Shown: positions 25,561 to 40,035, numbered from the whole stretch's first letter. The stretch: 63,083 nt of DNA, filler included, from Choristocarpus tenellus KU-1152 (GCA_964200185.2; 13 parts of 13 records of this genome joined end to end with filler, not necessarily neighbours in it); one strand, 5' to 3'. A program made the numbers and translations. Notes: generated by a model not told the origin, from the letters alone.

Positions 25561-28500
25561 GTATATTAGACATACACTACATGCAGTGATGATGTGAAGT
25601 ACATTTGCCTTACCTTACGGGTAATTGTGATATTATAGTGTTGTAGGTGGTACAGGCAAGCAGCGGCGACGTTTTCCATACTTGGACTGGTGCACTCACA
25701 CTCCTGCGTAACATGTTGAGGTACAATAAAATGTCAAAAAGAGGTGTAACTCATGCGACGTTGGAGCATGTAACATGGTGAATTCGATTTCATGGATGCA
25801 TCCACCCGAAGCATGAATGAAAAAAGAGCAGAAAAGTGGAAGGTGACTGATGGCTTATGACATCACATACTACACATTTCACCATTTATTTACTATTGTC
25901 GGTACTTACACCTCCATTGTATGGTGAGCCAAAGTAAACGAGAGGTACCCAGGTGTTGGCCGTTTAGCACTTGAACTATTTTTTTTATCTTTCGCAATTT
26001 CACCCACACTTCTATGGATGAAGTGCTATGTTTGACATGAGACTCTTGATTTCTCTACCGTTTGAAAAATTTCGACACAATTCAGAAAATATCCTATATG
26101 CATCTGTAAAAATAAACGAGTTTTACACATATTTTTGTCAGCATCCTTAAAATTCAATTCTGCGTACCTCTCGTTTACTTTTGACTCAAGTACACTCCAG
26201 AGTAGTAGATCACAATCAATATTATTTCTAATATATTATTACATGTTCGTATCCTGTGGCATGTTGCAAATGTACACTCTACATATTGGAAGGGGAGATA
26301 TGGAGACAATGGCACAACAATGTTGTACCTAGTATCTCACTTCTTTGTCAGGTAGCCCCAAGACACACACAGATTACGTGATTCTTGGGATGCCTCCCTA
26401 GTTCCTCCCCCTGTGGTGTAGCTAGTTATTTGTTTTGTATTCAAGATGAATAGGCAAGAAGAATCGACATGGACTCAAGCAAGACACAGTCAACATCGCA
26501 TGGGAGGACCCTCGGTACTATTATTGTAGTCCGGAGTATAACGTTCAAGTTGCCTGTTTGGAGTGTGATTGGGATGTAAGGGGAAAAGTTATGGGTTTGA
26601 GTTTTGTGGGATGGTCAGACTTGCTGTGAATGTATATCCAGTTTGTCAATCTCTGTCTATCCGTGTGTGTGAGTATTTCTGTTTGACTGGATTCATTTCT
26701 GTTGTGAGGGATAGCTGCTGGACAGGTTCCTACTGGAGTTTTCGATTTTTCCATTCAAATGAGGACTTCTTTGTTTTTAGGACATGACCAAGGCTTCAAC
26801 AGTGGATGATATTCTGTATCGCACCTGCACCAGGTCATTGCCTTTCCTATGGCAGATAGGAGTTCAAGTCTAACAGAGGTTCAGATAATTTCAGAANNNN
26901 NNNNNNNNNNNNNNNNNNNNNNNNNNNNNNNNNNNNNNNNTTAATTAATTAANNNNNNNNNNNNNNNNNNNNNNNNNNNNNNNNNNNNNNNNNNNNCCAT
27001 TTTGGGTCAAACTCATCCTCCATAGTATGCTCCATCCTCAATTTTGGTGATCGACTGTTGACTACAAAAAAATGGGAAGCTCAATACAAGGTGGAAGACC
27101 TTATTGATCGGCAACGTCCAAGAATTGAAGCACAAGATTCAAGGGAGGAAGTGGACCGACAATCATTCGTGGGATGGATCAATCGAACACGCCAGAAGCA
27201 AGACACAACAAATATCAACTGAGTGTACTCATTTGTAGTGTAACTGTTAGTTATTAGATACATTAATAGTAGTAGTAGTAGCACTGGAGTGTGTTGTAGT
27301 GCGTCACATACATACCATTGACCTGAATAGTCCTCAAACTGGAAAAATAGTAAATGGCAGTGACGAACAACAAATAATTAATTGGTACTACTCTTCTGTT
27401 AACACTCTTCGACGAAAGCAATGTGTGCAGGTTTAGATCTGGTTAAGGTCAGATGTCCTTTTCCAGGAAATTTGACTTTACTTTGATTTTGATGGACCAC
27501 AACCGAATGGTGTACCTCTACCAACCTCTCTGCCCCTAAACCACAAAAAAGGAAATGGAAAAACTGTATGTTGGTTGCAAGGTTTCAAAATGCAGCCAGG
27601 CGACAAGTATTATGCAAGATTCGAGGGAGAAAGCAGAATGACAAGCAGTGGGATGGTTCAACCCAACGTGTGAGAAGAAATCCAAAGCACATGATGACAT
27701 ACATGACGCATGGGGCAGTGCAAAAGTTGGTGAGGGGCCCTGCCCAATGCGATTTTTTAGAGGTGTGTGTACTCTCATTTGTGTGCTCCTTTGAGGCACA
27801 CTACAGTAATAGGGCCTTATTGAATGAAGTGTCTGAGACATCTCTACTTGTATGGCACCGCAGTCCATCACAATAGAACAATGGATAAGAAAGGCCCAAT
27901 CCGGTGCCTTAGCCTTGAAACAGGAACCCATACGTCGCTGACGCCCACCCGGACCCATTGTGTGTCCTTCTTCCTGCCTTCCTACAACTCATGTAGGGCT
28001 TCCAAGTGGCCCAGTTTGGAGGTCTCGAGGTGATTTCTTGAAAAGAGTAGTTGACTTTCTATCGCACAAATTTGATCCTGGTTTTCGTAAAGTCAACATT
28101 TTCCACAAAGATCAAGCATTTAGCTATTTCCAAGAGGCTGGGGACCCACAAGAGATCCCTCAATGTAAAGGCTAAGGTCACAATTCACCCATTAGATGCT
28201 TGGTTGAAGACATTCATGTTGCAACACCAAGCTAAACTCACCTTATTGGGACGATGTTGCCTCAATGCTCAGGAATGCAGATGGTAGACGACAATGTCTG
28301 GACCACTCGCTTTGATTACTCTTCAGAACATTTGATAGAAAACATTAGACAGGCTGGCTGTGTGTTTACTTGGACTGGATGAGATATAAAAATGATGAAA
28401 TATTACTAAATCCAATCCATCCAAATCTTTGTACTGGAAATTTCTTGGTGATGAAAACACCATATTAAACCCTTGCCTGCATCATGAATTGAGAAGTTGT

Positions 28501-29159
28501 CATGGAGGGTGGGTACCTCCATTCTCAGGTGAGAATACACCTGTTCTACACAAACGTAGAGCACAATATGACATGGGCTGTTCCTATGCCCCTCCTTGTT
28601 TGATACTGGGTGCGCATGACAAGGTCAAGCTCCGCAGTGTCTACACTTACCTGGAGTTGTTGTGATAAACCCGCCAACTTAAACACCATACACCATACAC
28701 TCCAACCTTGACAAGTAGTCCAAATATACAATGGTTACGAATGAGGTTCTATTCATAAAAAAAGGGATGTATCAATCTGCCCCAGGAACCCTAAGAAACG
28801 GAGTGAGCTATTTTCTCATTTTATCTACATAGCTTTGGCTATCGCTATTTATGTTCTACATTACATATTCTGCGGTTTGATGAACTAAGTTCAGGGAGGT
28901 CTGCAATTTACATGCACCTTTGCTGCAGGGACCCAACTCAAATCACGACAGTGGTGTGGGGCGGACATATAGATAAATACAGATGTCTACGATCTCGCAC
29001 TCGCTGCATTCCGCACTCTGTTCTATTGGGATGATTCCTTTCCCCTTCACCATCACTCTTAGCTTTCTGGTGCTTTCAAGTTTCTATTTGTGAGGTTTGG
29101 GGTTATTAGAATTGTGGGTGACATATTTAGGCAACGCATTATGATACTCCATTCGATAC

Positions 29160-29900
29160 ATCATAGTGTTCATATCTATCAATAGTATCACTTATGGTGA
29201 CATTAGTCAATGTTTGATTGCCAAGGACATACACAACCTGTCCTTCAATGCTGATGAGAAAAACAGAATTGAAAAGTATTTTTTTTTTAGGGAACCATCA
29301 TTGGCTGCATCCATGTACATCATGATTATGTGTTACCGTTGTCCATACCAACAACTAGTTGTGTTAATACACCATAACATCAGATGCACAGAGTTCCACA
29401 TAAATTGGCTCTCTTGATGTGCTTGGAACAAGACAAATCAAGAATTACTAGTCTAGAACAAGTTTTCCACTTTTTCCACTAACATTTTCTCTGGTCCCCA
29501 CACCTACCCACCATGCACCTTCGACATGTGTAAATAGATAAAATAAATTAAGATCTACTCCACTTAGACTTTTCTTTCAAGGGAAGGAACCCACTAATCA
29601 CTACGGCACTACATGAACAGTAGGCTGGATGCACCCCCTTTCAAGTTCAAATACAATCTTAACAAACTATCATGATGCTGTCCTTTGGAGTACTTGCAAA
29701 ACCAAAACCAAAAGCACTACTGCAACATACCAAACTAGGCAGGTGCCACACAACCCTCCCCCCTCCAAATCACGTGCTGCTGTCCCCAAGTGGCATGATT
29801 TCAACGCATCCCCCACATGAACAGATGAGTTCTGACTTGTTCCAAGTATTGAAACACTCACTCACACAGAAATAGATAAAGCAAGACAGTATATGTTTCA
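29160..29900 (+). mobile_element. Possible LINE 3' remnant
   Basis: Interrupted coding-like segments loosely resembling the C-terminal part of LINE ORF2; a similar-looking piece lies at ~37700-37990. Confidence 0.25.
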
Positions 29901-30380
29901 ACATCCCTCATCAATTGGTCCTCAACTTTGACTTCCACCATAACTAAGGATGTGGATATCACAATGGCACATACCATTCTATCGTCAACAACACAAACTA
30001 CTCACAACGGCCACAAACTACTCATGTATGCATGACTTCTTCCTAGCAGGTTTAAAACACAAACATCATCGCCCTAGTAGTAACCTATACAACAATGCTT
30101 CCTCCCGCTCAAGAGAGAGGGTCAAAGTGTACACTCAAAACACTACACTGCTTCTACCTAGCGACATGTGGGTGCTAAAGCTGTCAAAATAAAAATAAGA
30201 AAAAAAATCCATCTCCCCCCTCAGCAGCATCGAACTCTTGTTGCTTGACAACCTAATTCTAACCGCTTGCACCCCCCCCCNNNNNNNNNNNNNNNNNNNN
30301 NNNNNNNNNNNNNNNNNNNNNNNNTTAATTAATTAANNNNNNNNNNNNNNNNNNNNNNNNNNNNNNNNNNNNNNNNNNNN

Positions 30381-30425
30381 AGGTGAAAAACGGACGCCGA
30401 CACCCCCCCCAAGATACTTTGACCC
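30381..30425 (+). mobile_element. MITE terminus (family 2-like) at contig start
   Basis: CCCCCCCAAGATACTTTGACCC. Confidence 0.7.
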
Positions 30426-31965
30426 AATTCAACCAGCGGCTTTGGGCGATGAGCTTTTCATGCGCTAAGCTATTCAATTAAGTTCTATGAGTATTCTCAA
30501 GAGTTCTCTGTGTTTGATGTTGATGGGAACATCACCAACGATAAAGAAATGTGCGTGCAATACACTTGTGTGAGCGTGCGGATGTGGATTGGACTGAGAT
30601 CAGCTCCCAAAGGGACCCGTCCATCACAAAGTAATGTCCATCATGTAAGTAGTACCTATTATTATGACGAAATGTGTTGAATATATGCTCGAAAAGGCAT
30701 CAATCGTGGAGTACTAGAAATATTGAAACCTTGCATTAACCTGTGGAAAACCAGCAGGCAATAATGTCCAAGGCAGACTATGAGGACCCGCATGCTGCAG
30801 TCTGTGCAGGGGAGGAACCCCACATATATATCGCATGAGATTGAAGAGCTCTTCAGCAGAGAGACTCTTCTTCTGTGTAGTGAACTTCACTGACCTAAGA
30901 AATGTGGTGATGAGGTTACTCCGAAGGGGCTGGAGTCGCCAACTCAACACACCCATCAACCAAAAATTGAAATTGTTTTTAGAAGCTCTTTCCGACAAGT
31001 TGTTTAAAAAACTCAACAACGGGAAATGGAAGGAGGGTATCGCTATTATTAGTACAGTAATTTGATCCTCACAATAATGGTTCATGTTCTGGACTGTGGC
31101 TTTTTTTGAGTTGTGAGCAAGGTCTTCTTAGAAGCCAAGGTGTGATGATGAGATATAGGGGTATGTATAGTGTGAAACCAACGGTTAAAATTCCCCCTTC
31201 TGACTCTGCAGCTTGTGATCAAGTAGGTAGGGTAGCACTACTTGTAGTTAAAAGTAGTAGTGTTACTTACTACTTACGACACAAAAAAGGCCAGGTCCAT
31301 GAAGAAATCAAGGTATCGATTGCCAATGAAGGGGGTTATATCTTCTGATTTTGGTTGTACGTGACAATCCCTGGAGGCAAAGGAGATCCAATCCCACTAC
31401 CCTATTACACTATTATCGTTGTAAAAACTCTTGTTCCTGTACATGCAGTCCCGCTCGTCTCCAGTTGAGAACATGTCTACTGCTTCTATTCATAGTTGGG
31501 AGTAAACAACAAAACCGAAGTTGCTCTCCTAGAGGTCTTCAGTACTTGGTGGTAGTTGTGATCTCCCAGCTCCAAGGTGGAGATGAAAGGCTTCATACAT
31601 TTTAGGAGTTGTTGTCGACAATCTACTAGGAAGTTGTAGACAAGGAAGGGAAGGATGCCATCGCCCCCTTTAAGGCACAGAATTCTGTAACGGAATCGAC
31701 CCCGTTCTCAAACTGACAGGATCTGGATGGACAGGGAAAAGAGTAACTCTACCTTTGACGTTACACATTATGTGGTGCTGCGATGAAGGTTGATAAATAC
31801 AGGAGGTGGTGAGACAAGGTAGTGGTGGATGTAATTTTCATCCTCTCGCGCGATATCTCCGCGTGGACAGTGGTGGTAAATTCCAAATTCCTCTTTTATT
31901 CATGAAATATTTTCAAAATTAGTGTTGGTGACTGAAACAAATGGGAACATCGACGTCGAGGGGAA

Positions 31966-34107
31966 ATGCATCTACCAAGGCTGTCACGTGGCTCATCTCT
32001 GGCACTCGCACCCACCTTGGCACCTATATATAGCCGTCTATTCCTTAGTTCGCCACCATCTCATGGGATAATGTACCTTTCCTTTGCTCTCCAACAACCC
32101 CTTCAACAGTCTTCAATATTGCAACTTTCAAGGGAGTTATCCATTTGCGGACATATGACCCATGTAAGGAAGCGGAGGCGTGGTTTTAGGCAGGTTAGCG
32201 CCTGCTTATCCGAGGGAAGCCTTGAGTCTATCAGTGATGGCCAATCCTATGCCCCCGACCCTAATCCTGCATTTAGCCCTGCAGCTCGCAAACCCAGGTT
32301 GCGCTCTAGAGGGTCACTGGGAGAGGACAAGGGTCCTTGCATGACTTCGGATTCCATCAAGGTAGGGGTGAGGGCCGAGAAGGAGTTGGGGAGGGAGACA
32401 CTTGAAGCCATGACCAAGGTGGAGCTCTCAGCAATTTTGAGGAAGAGGGGACTTAGAGTATCTGGCTCCAAACAAGAGCTAGTTGATCGGCTGCTCCAAG
32501 GCACTGGTAAGCGGAGATAACAAACTATTGTGGTGCACTACGAGGTGAAGATAAAGCCATCGCCGTGTCATGGTATCTAATTATGTAATTTCTGGCATTG
32601 TTCCTAGTCTACCTTCCCCACACTCGATTTTGCCATGGACCCCTGGCCGTTCTCCACCTTTGAACTTTCGAGTCTTGTTGCAGTATACTCGTCTGATTGA
32701 TTCTAGCATCATCTAAGTGCGGTATTCTCCAGTTGCATAGACTTAATGACGTGGAGCGTGGAGTATCTAAGGACATAATTTCACATAAAAAAAGGGAGGA
32801 AAACGACTATCTTTTTGCTACTTGTTGACCAAGTTGCGATGTACTCCACACATACACTTTCGTAATTAGTGCTCCGAACGACCCCTTCCGTTCCCCCCCC
32901 ACAACATCTTGACGTCTTTAGTTGTCAAAAATTCGTCGGCAAGTGGATTAGCAGAGTTCACAGTAATTACGTCAGAGAAGAGTCCACATAAGGGCGACCG
33001 TACACGGCGCAAAATCTCTCGAGCGACCATACCTCGCGACCCAACTGAGAGACTTCCTCCACTGGATGAGACCTGTTCCCAGCTACGAGTCCTCTCCTGG
33101 AATATCAACGGACTGAGGGCACTCATGGGCAAGTCCGAAGGACGGCAGGTACTGTACTGTAGCCGTTTCATGTAGCGCGGGACATGAGTGGTACTATTTG
33201 AAGAGTTTTTTTGGTGCGCGAAAGGACCAAAAAGGTTTTTTTACAGCAGTCCATCACTAACTGCGCATTGCTAGATGGGTTTGGGTGTTTACTGCTAAAT
33301 ATTTTGCATGTAGACTCTTGACCCTTGTTTTGTGTAGACCAGATACTAGGGACCTTTGGTTTGGTGCTGGGCCATAGGCGCACATGAAGAAGAGTAAATA
33401 TCCCAAATTGACCACAGTAAGAAAAGGAGAGGGTTGCATTCCTTAGGCTCAATAGTAGATGACTACTCAGTGGATACTGAACACCACTTCCAAGTTGTAT
33501 ACAAGATTCTCCTGTTGTGCAGCACTACAGTGTAATTTGATGCTCCAGGAACACAAATTTTGTTTAGAATAGCTCTGTGTGTGTGGGTCATGACTAGGCG
33601 AAAGCACTGCAGTTTCTGCTCTTGTGAGGCACCTTTCGTTTCTACTCTGAAATGTGTTACATTGTGATGCTTTCAACAAATTGGAAACTCTTTCCTTTGC
33701 ACCCTGATGCTTGCAAGCATTCTAAGAATAGGCTCTGATTAGTAGTGAAATCATTAGGTGGGTCAGTTTCTTACCTGTTATCCATGTTTTCTATTTTTTC
33801 TTTGCAGCATTTGGTTAATTTGGTGCACCGGGAGAGGCCGCACGTCCTGGCGTTACAAGAAACCAAGATCCAGACCATCCATGAAGAGGACATGTCCCTG
33901 AAGTTCAAGGAGCTCCTCCCTGAGTATGAAGCACATTGTGAGTGTATGGAAGATGACAGGAGTTGCTGGCAGGAATTAGAACACATTGTATGCCGTGCAT
34001 GGTCCCTTCCAGAAGAGGGAAAATGCAGTAAAGTTTCATTGAAGCACCCAAATTTTGTACAGCAGTGTGATTCTGTTTGGTTGGTGTCTAAATGGATGTT
34101 TGGTTTT

Positions 34108-34140
<33 letters not shown>

Positions 34141-34547
34141 CCAATGGTGAAGTTGTAAGAGACATGAAAATTCCATGTGGTGGTATTGAGGATACGCGAG
34201 CAAATGAAACGTGCTTCCAAAAATGTGTAAAAATATATAGGAATCCAGCGCAACCACCATTCAAGGCGTTCTTGCCCTTCCTTTGCCTTTTTGGAATGAG
34301 CACTAGTGATTTTTTCAAAACTGTATATATGTATATATATATATATATTGAGCAGGAAAATAGTATCATTGTGACCACACCAGGAAATGAGGTGTGGATG
34401 TGAAGGATATGGTGGGTGTGGGATGTGGTCGGCTCATGAGTCAAAAAACCCTCTTTGCTTTCCCGCCTTGTTTTTATCAGGGTATTGCAGTGTGGCGAAG
34501 AAGGGCTACTCTGGGACCGCCCTTTTGATCTGCAACTCCCAGAAAGG
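31966..34547 (+). CDS. SAP-domain AP endonuclease / exodeoxyribonuclease III family (ARP/APE1-like), 3'-incomplete
   Basis: Exons 31966-32506 (SAP: LEAMTKVELSAILRKRGLRVSGSKQELVDRLL), 32922-33148 (LRVLSWNINGLRA), 33808-33937 (VLALQETK), 34481-34547 (WYCSVAKKGYSGTA); all GT-AG and in phase. Confidence 0.95.
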
Positions 34548-34730
34548 GTCAGTGTTGCATCTGCTGCACTTCTTTCTGTATTGTGGGAGAAGAACAAAAC
34601 ACTACATTGAAGGGACGAGGAGAGGAGAGGNNNNNNNNNNNNNNNNNNNNNNNNNNNNNNNNNNNNNNNNNNNNTTAATTAATTAANNNNNNNNNNNNNN
34701 NNNNNNNNNNNNNNNNNNNNNNNNNNNNNN

Positions 34731-34905
34731 CCTACTCAAAAATATTTCGGAGTAGGTAAAGTATTTATGTTATGGAAAGGTGTGTCTTGAACAAGGATAT
34801 TGACACTTCCAAACAAAACAAAATAGTCAAAATTTTATCCAAATCGGAACTTTAGATTTTGGTCCCCAAATGGACGTGGCCCTACCCTCTAAGATACTTT
34901 GACTC
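34731..34905 (-). mobile_element. MITE family 1, partial copy at contig start
   Basis: Reverse complement of the left ~175 bp of 2193-2458, ending CCCTACCCTCTAAGATACTTTGACTC. Confidence 0.85.
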
Positions 34906-37900
34906 ATCCCCTAGGGACACTTACCTGCCCACAGTGTAACATGAAGTGCAAGCAAGGGCGAAGTACCTTAAACAATATCCCTGCATTATTGAAAATTGAA
35001 GAGATTATACTGGTTGCCACTGTGGAATTTAGGTCACGGCAAGGAAAATATTTAATCAGTGTGGCAAAGATCTTTTCAACACCCTGAATCCTTATCTGCT
35101 GGTAGAAGAAGTGCAACAAATCACGAGTGATGCCAAGGATATATGGCACTCAAAAGAGGGCCTCGGAAGACAACCAAACCAGGCTGCTCCAGGTGACATC
35201 TAATCCACCAACATCATAAGCTGGTTTGCTACCATGCCTTCCATTTTGAGGGTGAAGGGGGACTGGGATGCAGGAAGGGAAAACCAATGCGCGTAGGTTG
35301 CAAGACATTCTTAAACCTGAAGGGGGAGTATCAAAGAAATCTTTGCGGGATTTTTTCTTCAATATCCTTGAAAGCAACACTGTCAGAGTGTACGGCAGTA
35401 TTGTGAGGAATCAAGCATACCATTAATTGCCTGGAAGTAGCTGGAGGGGCATTAACATGTCCACTCCCACAAATAGGTTGCAACACTACAAAGAGATGCC
35501 AAGAAGGACGGATCTGCAGATGACCTTCACTGCCATGGCTGACTGGATTGGTCAGAACAGCAGGGCACGAGATGCCTGACAACACTGTACCAACTGTGAT
35601 GCTGGATAGTTCAAGCAATAACTACACGGTTGCCAAACATCATCTCCAATACTCTGGAAGGAAGGTGAGGACCAAGCCAGCTATAGAAGAGGCTGCCCAG
35701 CCCATGTACTTCTCAAAAGTGACACTGAGAAATGCAGTTGGTCAGGGAGTGCTCTAGTCGCGAGACATCGACACTGAAATCGGCAACATTAGCACTGCTG
35801 CAATAGAACCAGAAAAGCTGGTGCAAGATGTAGCAGGTGCGGATCCAGGTCATGCAGCAACACAGGTTATACATTCAATGGAGAACGGTGTATTGACTGG
35901 GAGCATTGAGCGTGAACATATGGGCAAACCTGATAATTGTCACCTGAAATGCAATGTGATATCAGAACGAGACAGCTGCATCAATCAAGGCCGAGGTGTT
36001 AATTACGACTGGACAAAAATCCAAGGACAGCGGAAGTGGAACAAGGAGATTTGAGTTCTCTCTAGGCATTATGGCTGTAAACTTACAATGTGGGAATGAT
36101 TTGATAGGAAAAATGGTATCATAACTCGTGTGTGTCCAGCAGTATGACAATGACACAATCTACACGTAAACTACACCTCATTGAGTAATAGTAGCAGTAT
36201 GATCTTGCAACTTTAACAACCACACCGACTGAGAGATATTGGATGCTAGACCCAAGGATATTGATATTTCCTGGTGAAAGCATTGAGGCCATCTCCTAAA
36301 TGCACGTTTTGTTTTGCTGTTTGGTTTTGCTTTTTGTGAAAAACTGAAAGGGAAAAAGAAAACTGGAAAAATGTGACTGAAAAGAGTTATACGATAGATT
36401 TCATTTCGATTATACCGACGCCTTGTATTGTACATGTACATACAAGACCTTCCAATGCCACCATCGCACCACTCCACCATAACGTCTAACCCTCGAAAGT
36501 CAATACCGATACAAGATTCTTGGAGCACTGAATCGTGGCTTATCAGGATGCGGTCACGGGCATAGGCTTCGAGCTGAATGGTGCGGTGTCATGGGTACCA
36601 AAGAGACTGAAGAAAACCTGCGGTTCAAAGATGACGCTGCTCATTTGAAGTCGTACCAAGCGATTCCCATCGCCTATGCAGAAAGGTCCGTGAAGGGATG
36701 CGGAAGCACAGTATAACGAAATTCGAGACATGCCTTGCCAACGCAAAGATACATGGAAGTGGTGGTCCCTGGATTCTTGAAGTGGTTAGGAGAGGAAGCC
36801 CCAGACTTGACCCCCCCGACTATTACGAAGGAAGTGTTGGAGCAGACAACGTTCGGAACAGGGAAGAAGACCATTCCGAAGACATTCTTAAGCGCGAATG
36901 CACTGTATCGTATTTTACTACCCGGTCTTTCCCCCAACGCATTCAGTCACACATTCCCAACATGTTACGTAAAACCCGCCGATCACTACATATACCAATC
37001 TTCGTTGACCTTTCCGTAGGATTGGGCAATTGTTCATCCTCAAATAGCTCTGACCTTGTCGTCCCACCTTCATTATTGGACTGTCGACATAATATTCCAG
37101 AGGCATAGTCAACACCATAATGTACTCATCCGCCGAACGCAGTAGGGTCCGTGCGCGGGGGTATACCATAACCACACACCCATCTTATTTCCCTTAACCC
37201 TACTGTGTGCAACACTACCTGTACCGTTGGTACCCACAACCAACGCATGGTGTTTTTAGCACAATAACACCCGCACATGAAATCACCATATTACTCTCCA
37301 GAACACACACACGCCCATCCATCATTATGCAACCTATTTTTATGGAACACTCCATCGCACCAAGAAACCTTCCTCAAAACTATAAGGTTGACGTCGTTAT
37401 TCCCCACATTTTGAGACCATGTTCCTTTATACAACTCGTGAAAGAAATAGGCATACTATTGCAGCCCCGCCAACACCTAGACTCGCACGAAGTCGATGCA
37501 TGTAAACGAAATCAAGAGGTCACCATTATTTTCAACGATGGGGGTTTAAGATTATACACATCTCTGGTATTGTCGATGATGCCAGCCACCATGTGCACCA
37601 CTCTCTCCCCCTCTCCTCCCAAATTCTGAACGGTTATTACAATTGTTGACCATAAAAACAGTGTTTGTGCTGTTATTCCCTGACAGCAACTTGCACATCA
37701 ATTACTCGTCCTTTACTACACCCCCTTCTAAACGTCCATCATCGCATTGCGCTTCTCTCCTTAATTTGCATGACACCATATCCCTGGCATTCACCTTGAC
37801 CGACTCAACACAGCCCAGTTAGAAAATCTTGAATCAAGGTCTACAGAGTTCACCAAGTGAATTATTTGTACCCCAATCGTATGCCCCCTCACATACATAC

Positions 37901-38289
37901 TTGTTAACATCGTTACCGTAACTCCCATATTACATTTTTATGTTGAAGCACATAAGAAGTCACTCTCCTTTGTAGGCAACTCTCATCGCTACCCGGAGCA
38001 CTTCACCGCTCACGTCTGTTTTTGTGGAAGGGAATAGATAACCCCCATTGATTTTTTCATTCCAATGAGTAATCATTTCTTTCGAGTATTGCACCTCACC
38101 CATTCGGAATTTTCGACATCATTTTAGGATTCACCAGCAGAAGAAACTGCTCTCCTCTGTAGCCAATTCTCGTCACGTCCCACAGCACTTTGCTGCCCGT
38201 GTTAACATGTTGTTGACGAAGGAATACATGATCCCTAGTGCTTTTTTTCATTCAAAAGTAATTGTTTCTTTCGAGTATTACAGATTTAA

Positions 38290-38360
38290 AAAAACGTGGG
38301 AAGATAAGTCCCTAATGGACAAACAGGGCAAAACTCATACCCTCTAAGATACTTTCACTC
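38290..38360 (+). mobile_element. MITE family 1, right-end fragment
   Basis: AATGGACAAACAGGGCAAAACTCATACCCTCTAAGATACTTTCACTC. Confidence 0.8.
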
Positions 38361-40035
38361 TTTTTTTAGCACGACTTTTTTTTCTCCAAGAAACAAAGGA
38401 TCCCCACCAACCACACCCATTCGGAAGTAAATAAATTGGCTGGCACAGCAGCTCAATTCTACAACGCCATCGCGTCTCTGGCGCAGATTTGTGCAGATGA
38501 AGGTAAAATTACGACCATTAATTCTCAAGTGTTTCTTCACATCATCACATATCAATGATTTCTCTTTTATATTCTGGTCGACTCAAACAACCACTGAATT
38601 GTAATCTAACGATACAACTCCTTCTTCCGTCGACCTCATCACTCTGCCACCTGGAACTGATGAGTTCGAGAATGTTCTGTGCGGTGTGTGGCAGGACAAT
38701 AAAGAGGAGGGACACTAAAAGCAGTACATTTCCAAACATGTCAGTAAAAACAATCCAGTATGCAATATTAAGAATGCGCCGTGAATGAAGTGCGGCTGCA
38801 CAGCCATTGACCCCCCATCGCACGCACCGAATGAAAAAACTTATTCCCTGATGATTAGATCACAACTCCAATTTATTTTGCAGAATATGACCTTGCTCCA
38901 ATTGCAGTGAGCCAAGTCAGCTTTGCTTTCCGGAGATGGAAGACAAACCACGATGGGTCGTATCCTTTTTTGTATGTCAAGTTGATGCCTCGATAACAAT
39001 ATCTAGGCAGACACGATGTAACCCAATGGTATGACGAACTCTACTCTCATCCTCAGATTATATAACATATCTGTCGTCGCCTTCTCCTCGTCAATGTTGT
39101 GTAAATCGACACACAGGCTAAGTTCGATTTCAGGGCTGTACATACGTTCACTGTGCTCTGGAATGCGAACTGTGAGGCCGCCATGGAATCCCTCAAGAAC
39201 AGTGGCGGATTCAGCTACGGCTACAGGCAACTGGTAGGTGGGGCAAGTGTGTTGGTGTATCATCAGGCACAAAATGAGTTGTCATCTTGTGTTTCGACTC
39301 TCAGTAAGAAGTACCATATCCGATCATTTTGAGATCCATGTATCTTTGCTAAGTTTTACCAGGTTCTAATGCTTTCCTAGAAATAGACTGGTCATTTTGG
39401 GGGGGGATATACCATTTGGCGGATAAGATTCAATTCCTCATAACAAACTGCCAACAATGATTGATATAGATGAAGTAGGGCAACAAATGTTTATTGCTAA
39501 ATGCTTTCAGCATAAGAAATTAATCCTATTGGGGATTGCCCCGCGCTCTTCCGCTCGCATCCATTTTTGTATCTTCAGTAGACTTCATCTAAAGCAACGT
39601 TTGTACCCGAAGTAGGATTAATCCCAATCATTGGAAGGTGAAGGCAAATAAACTAAACGACAAGGTATTATCGATTCTGATATGAGGAAACCAAAAAGGC
39701 ATCTCGTTGGTGAGTTATTTGGTTGCACGTAGTAGACATTCGTGTGTTCCATGGATGTTGCCTATTCCGTAGTTAGTGCACAGTCCGATGTTTACAACGA
39801 GGCAAGGAGGGATCAATATTGTTCTCATAATGAGCGGCGACTATCCCTGCCCTCACTAGTTTTGTTATCCAGTTCTTACACNNNNNNNNNNNNNNNNNNN
39901 NNNNNNNNNNNNNNNNNNNNNNNNNTTAATTAATTAANNNNNNNNNNNNNNNNNNNNNNNNNNNNNNNNNNNNNNNNNNNNGGTTGTGGGTTTAGATTGG
40001 AGGGAGGGGAGGGGGGGGGGGGGGTGAATCCTTAC

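Noticed and set aside
28560-28585. YDMGC as a KDZ-transposase motif
   Set aside because: The expected downstream H..H..C and GE..ER motifs are not visible.
30714-31085. 123-aa minus-strand ORF, vaguely copia gag-like (also integrase-like traces at ~38600-39300)
   Set aside because: No diagnostic motif strong enough to call.
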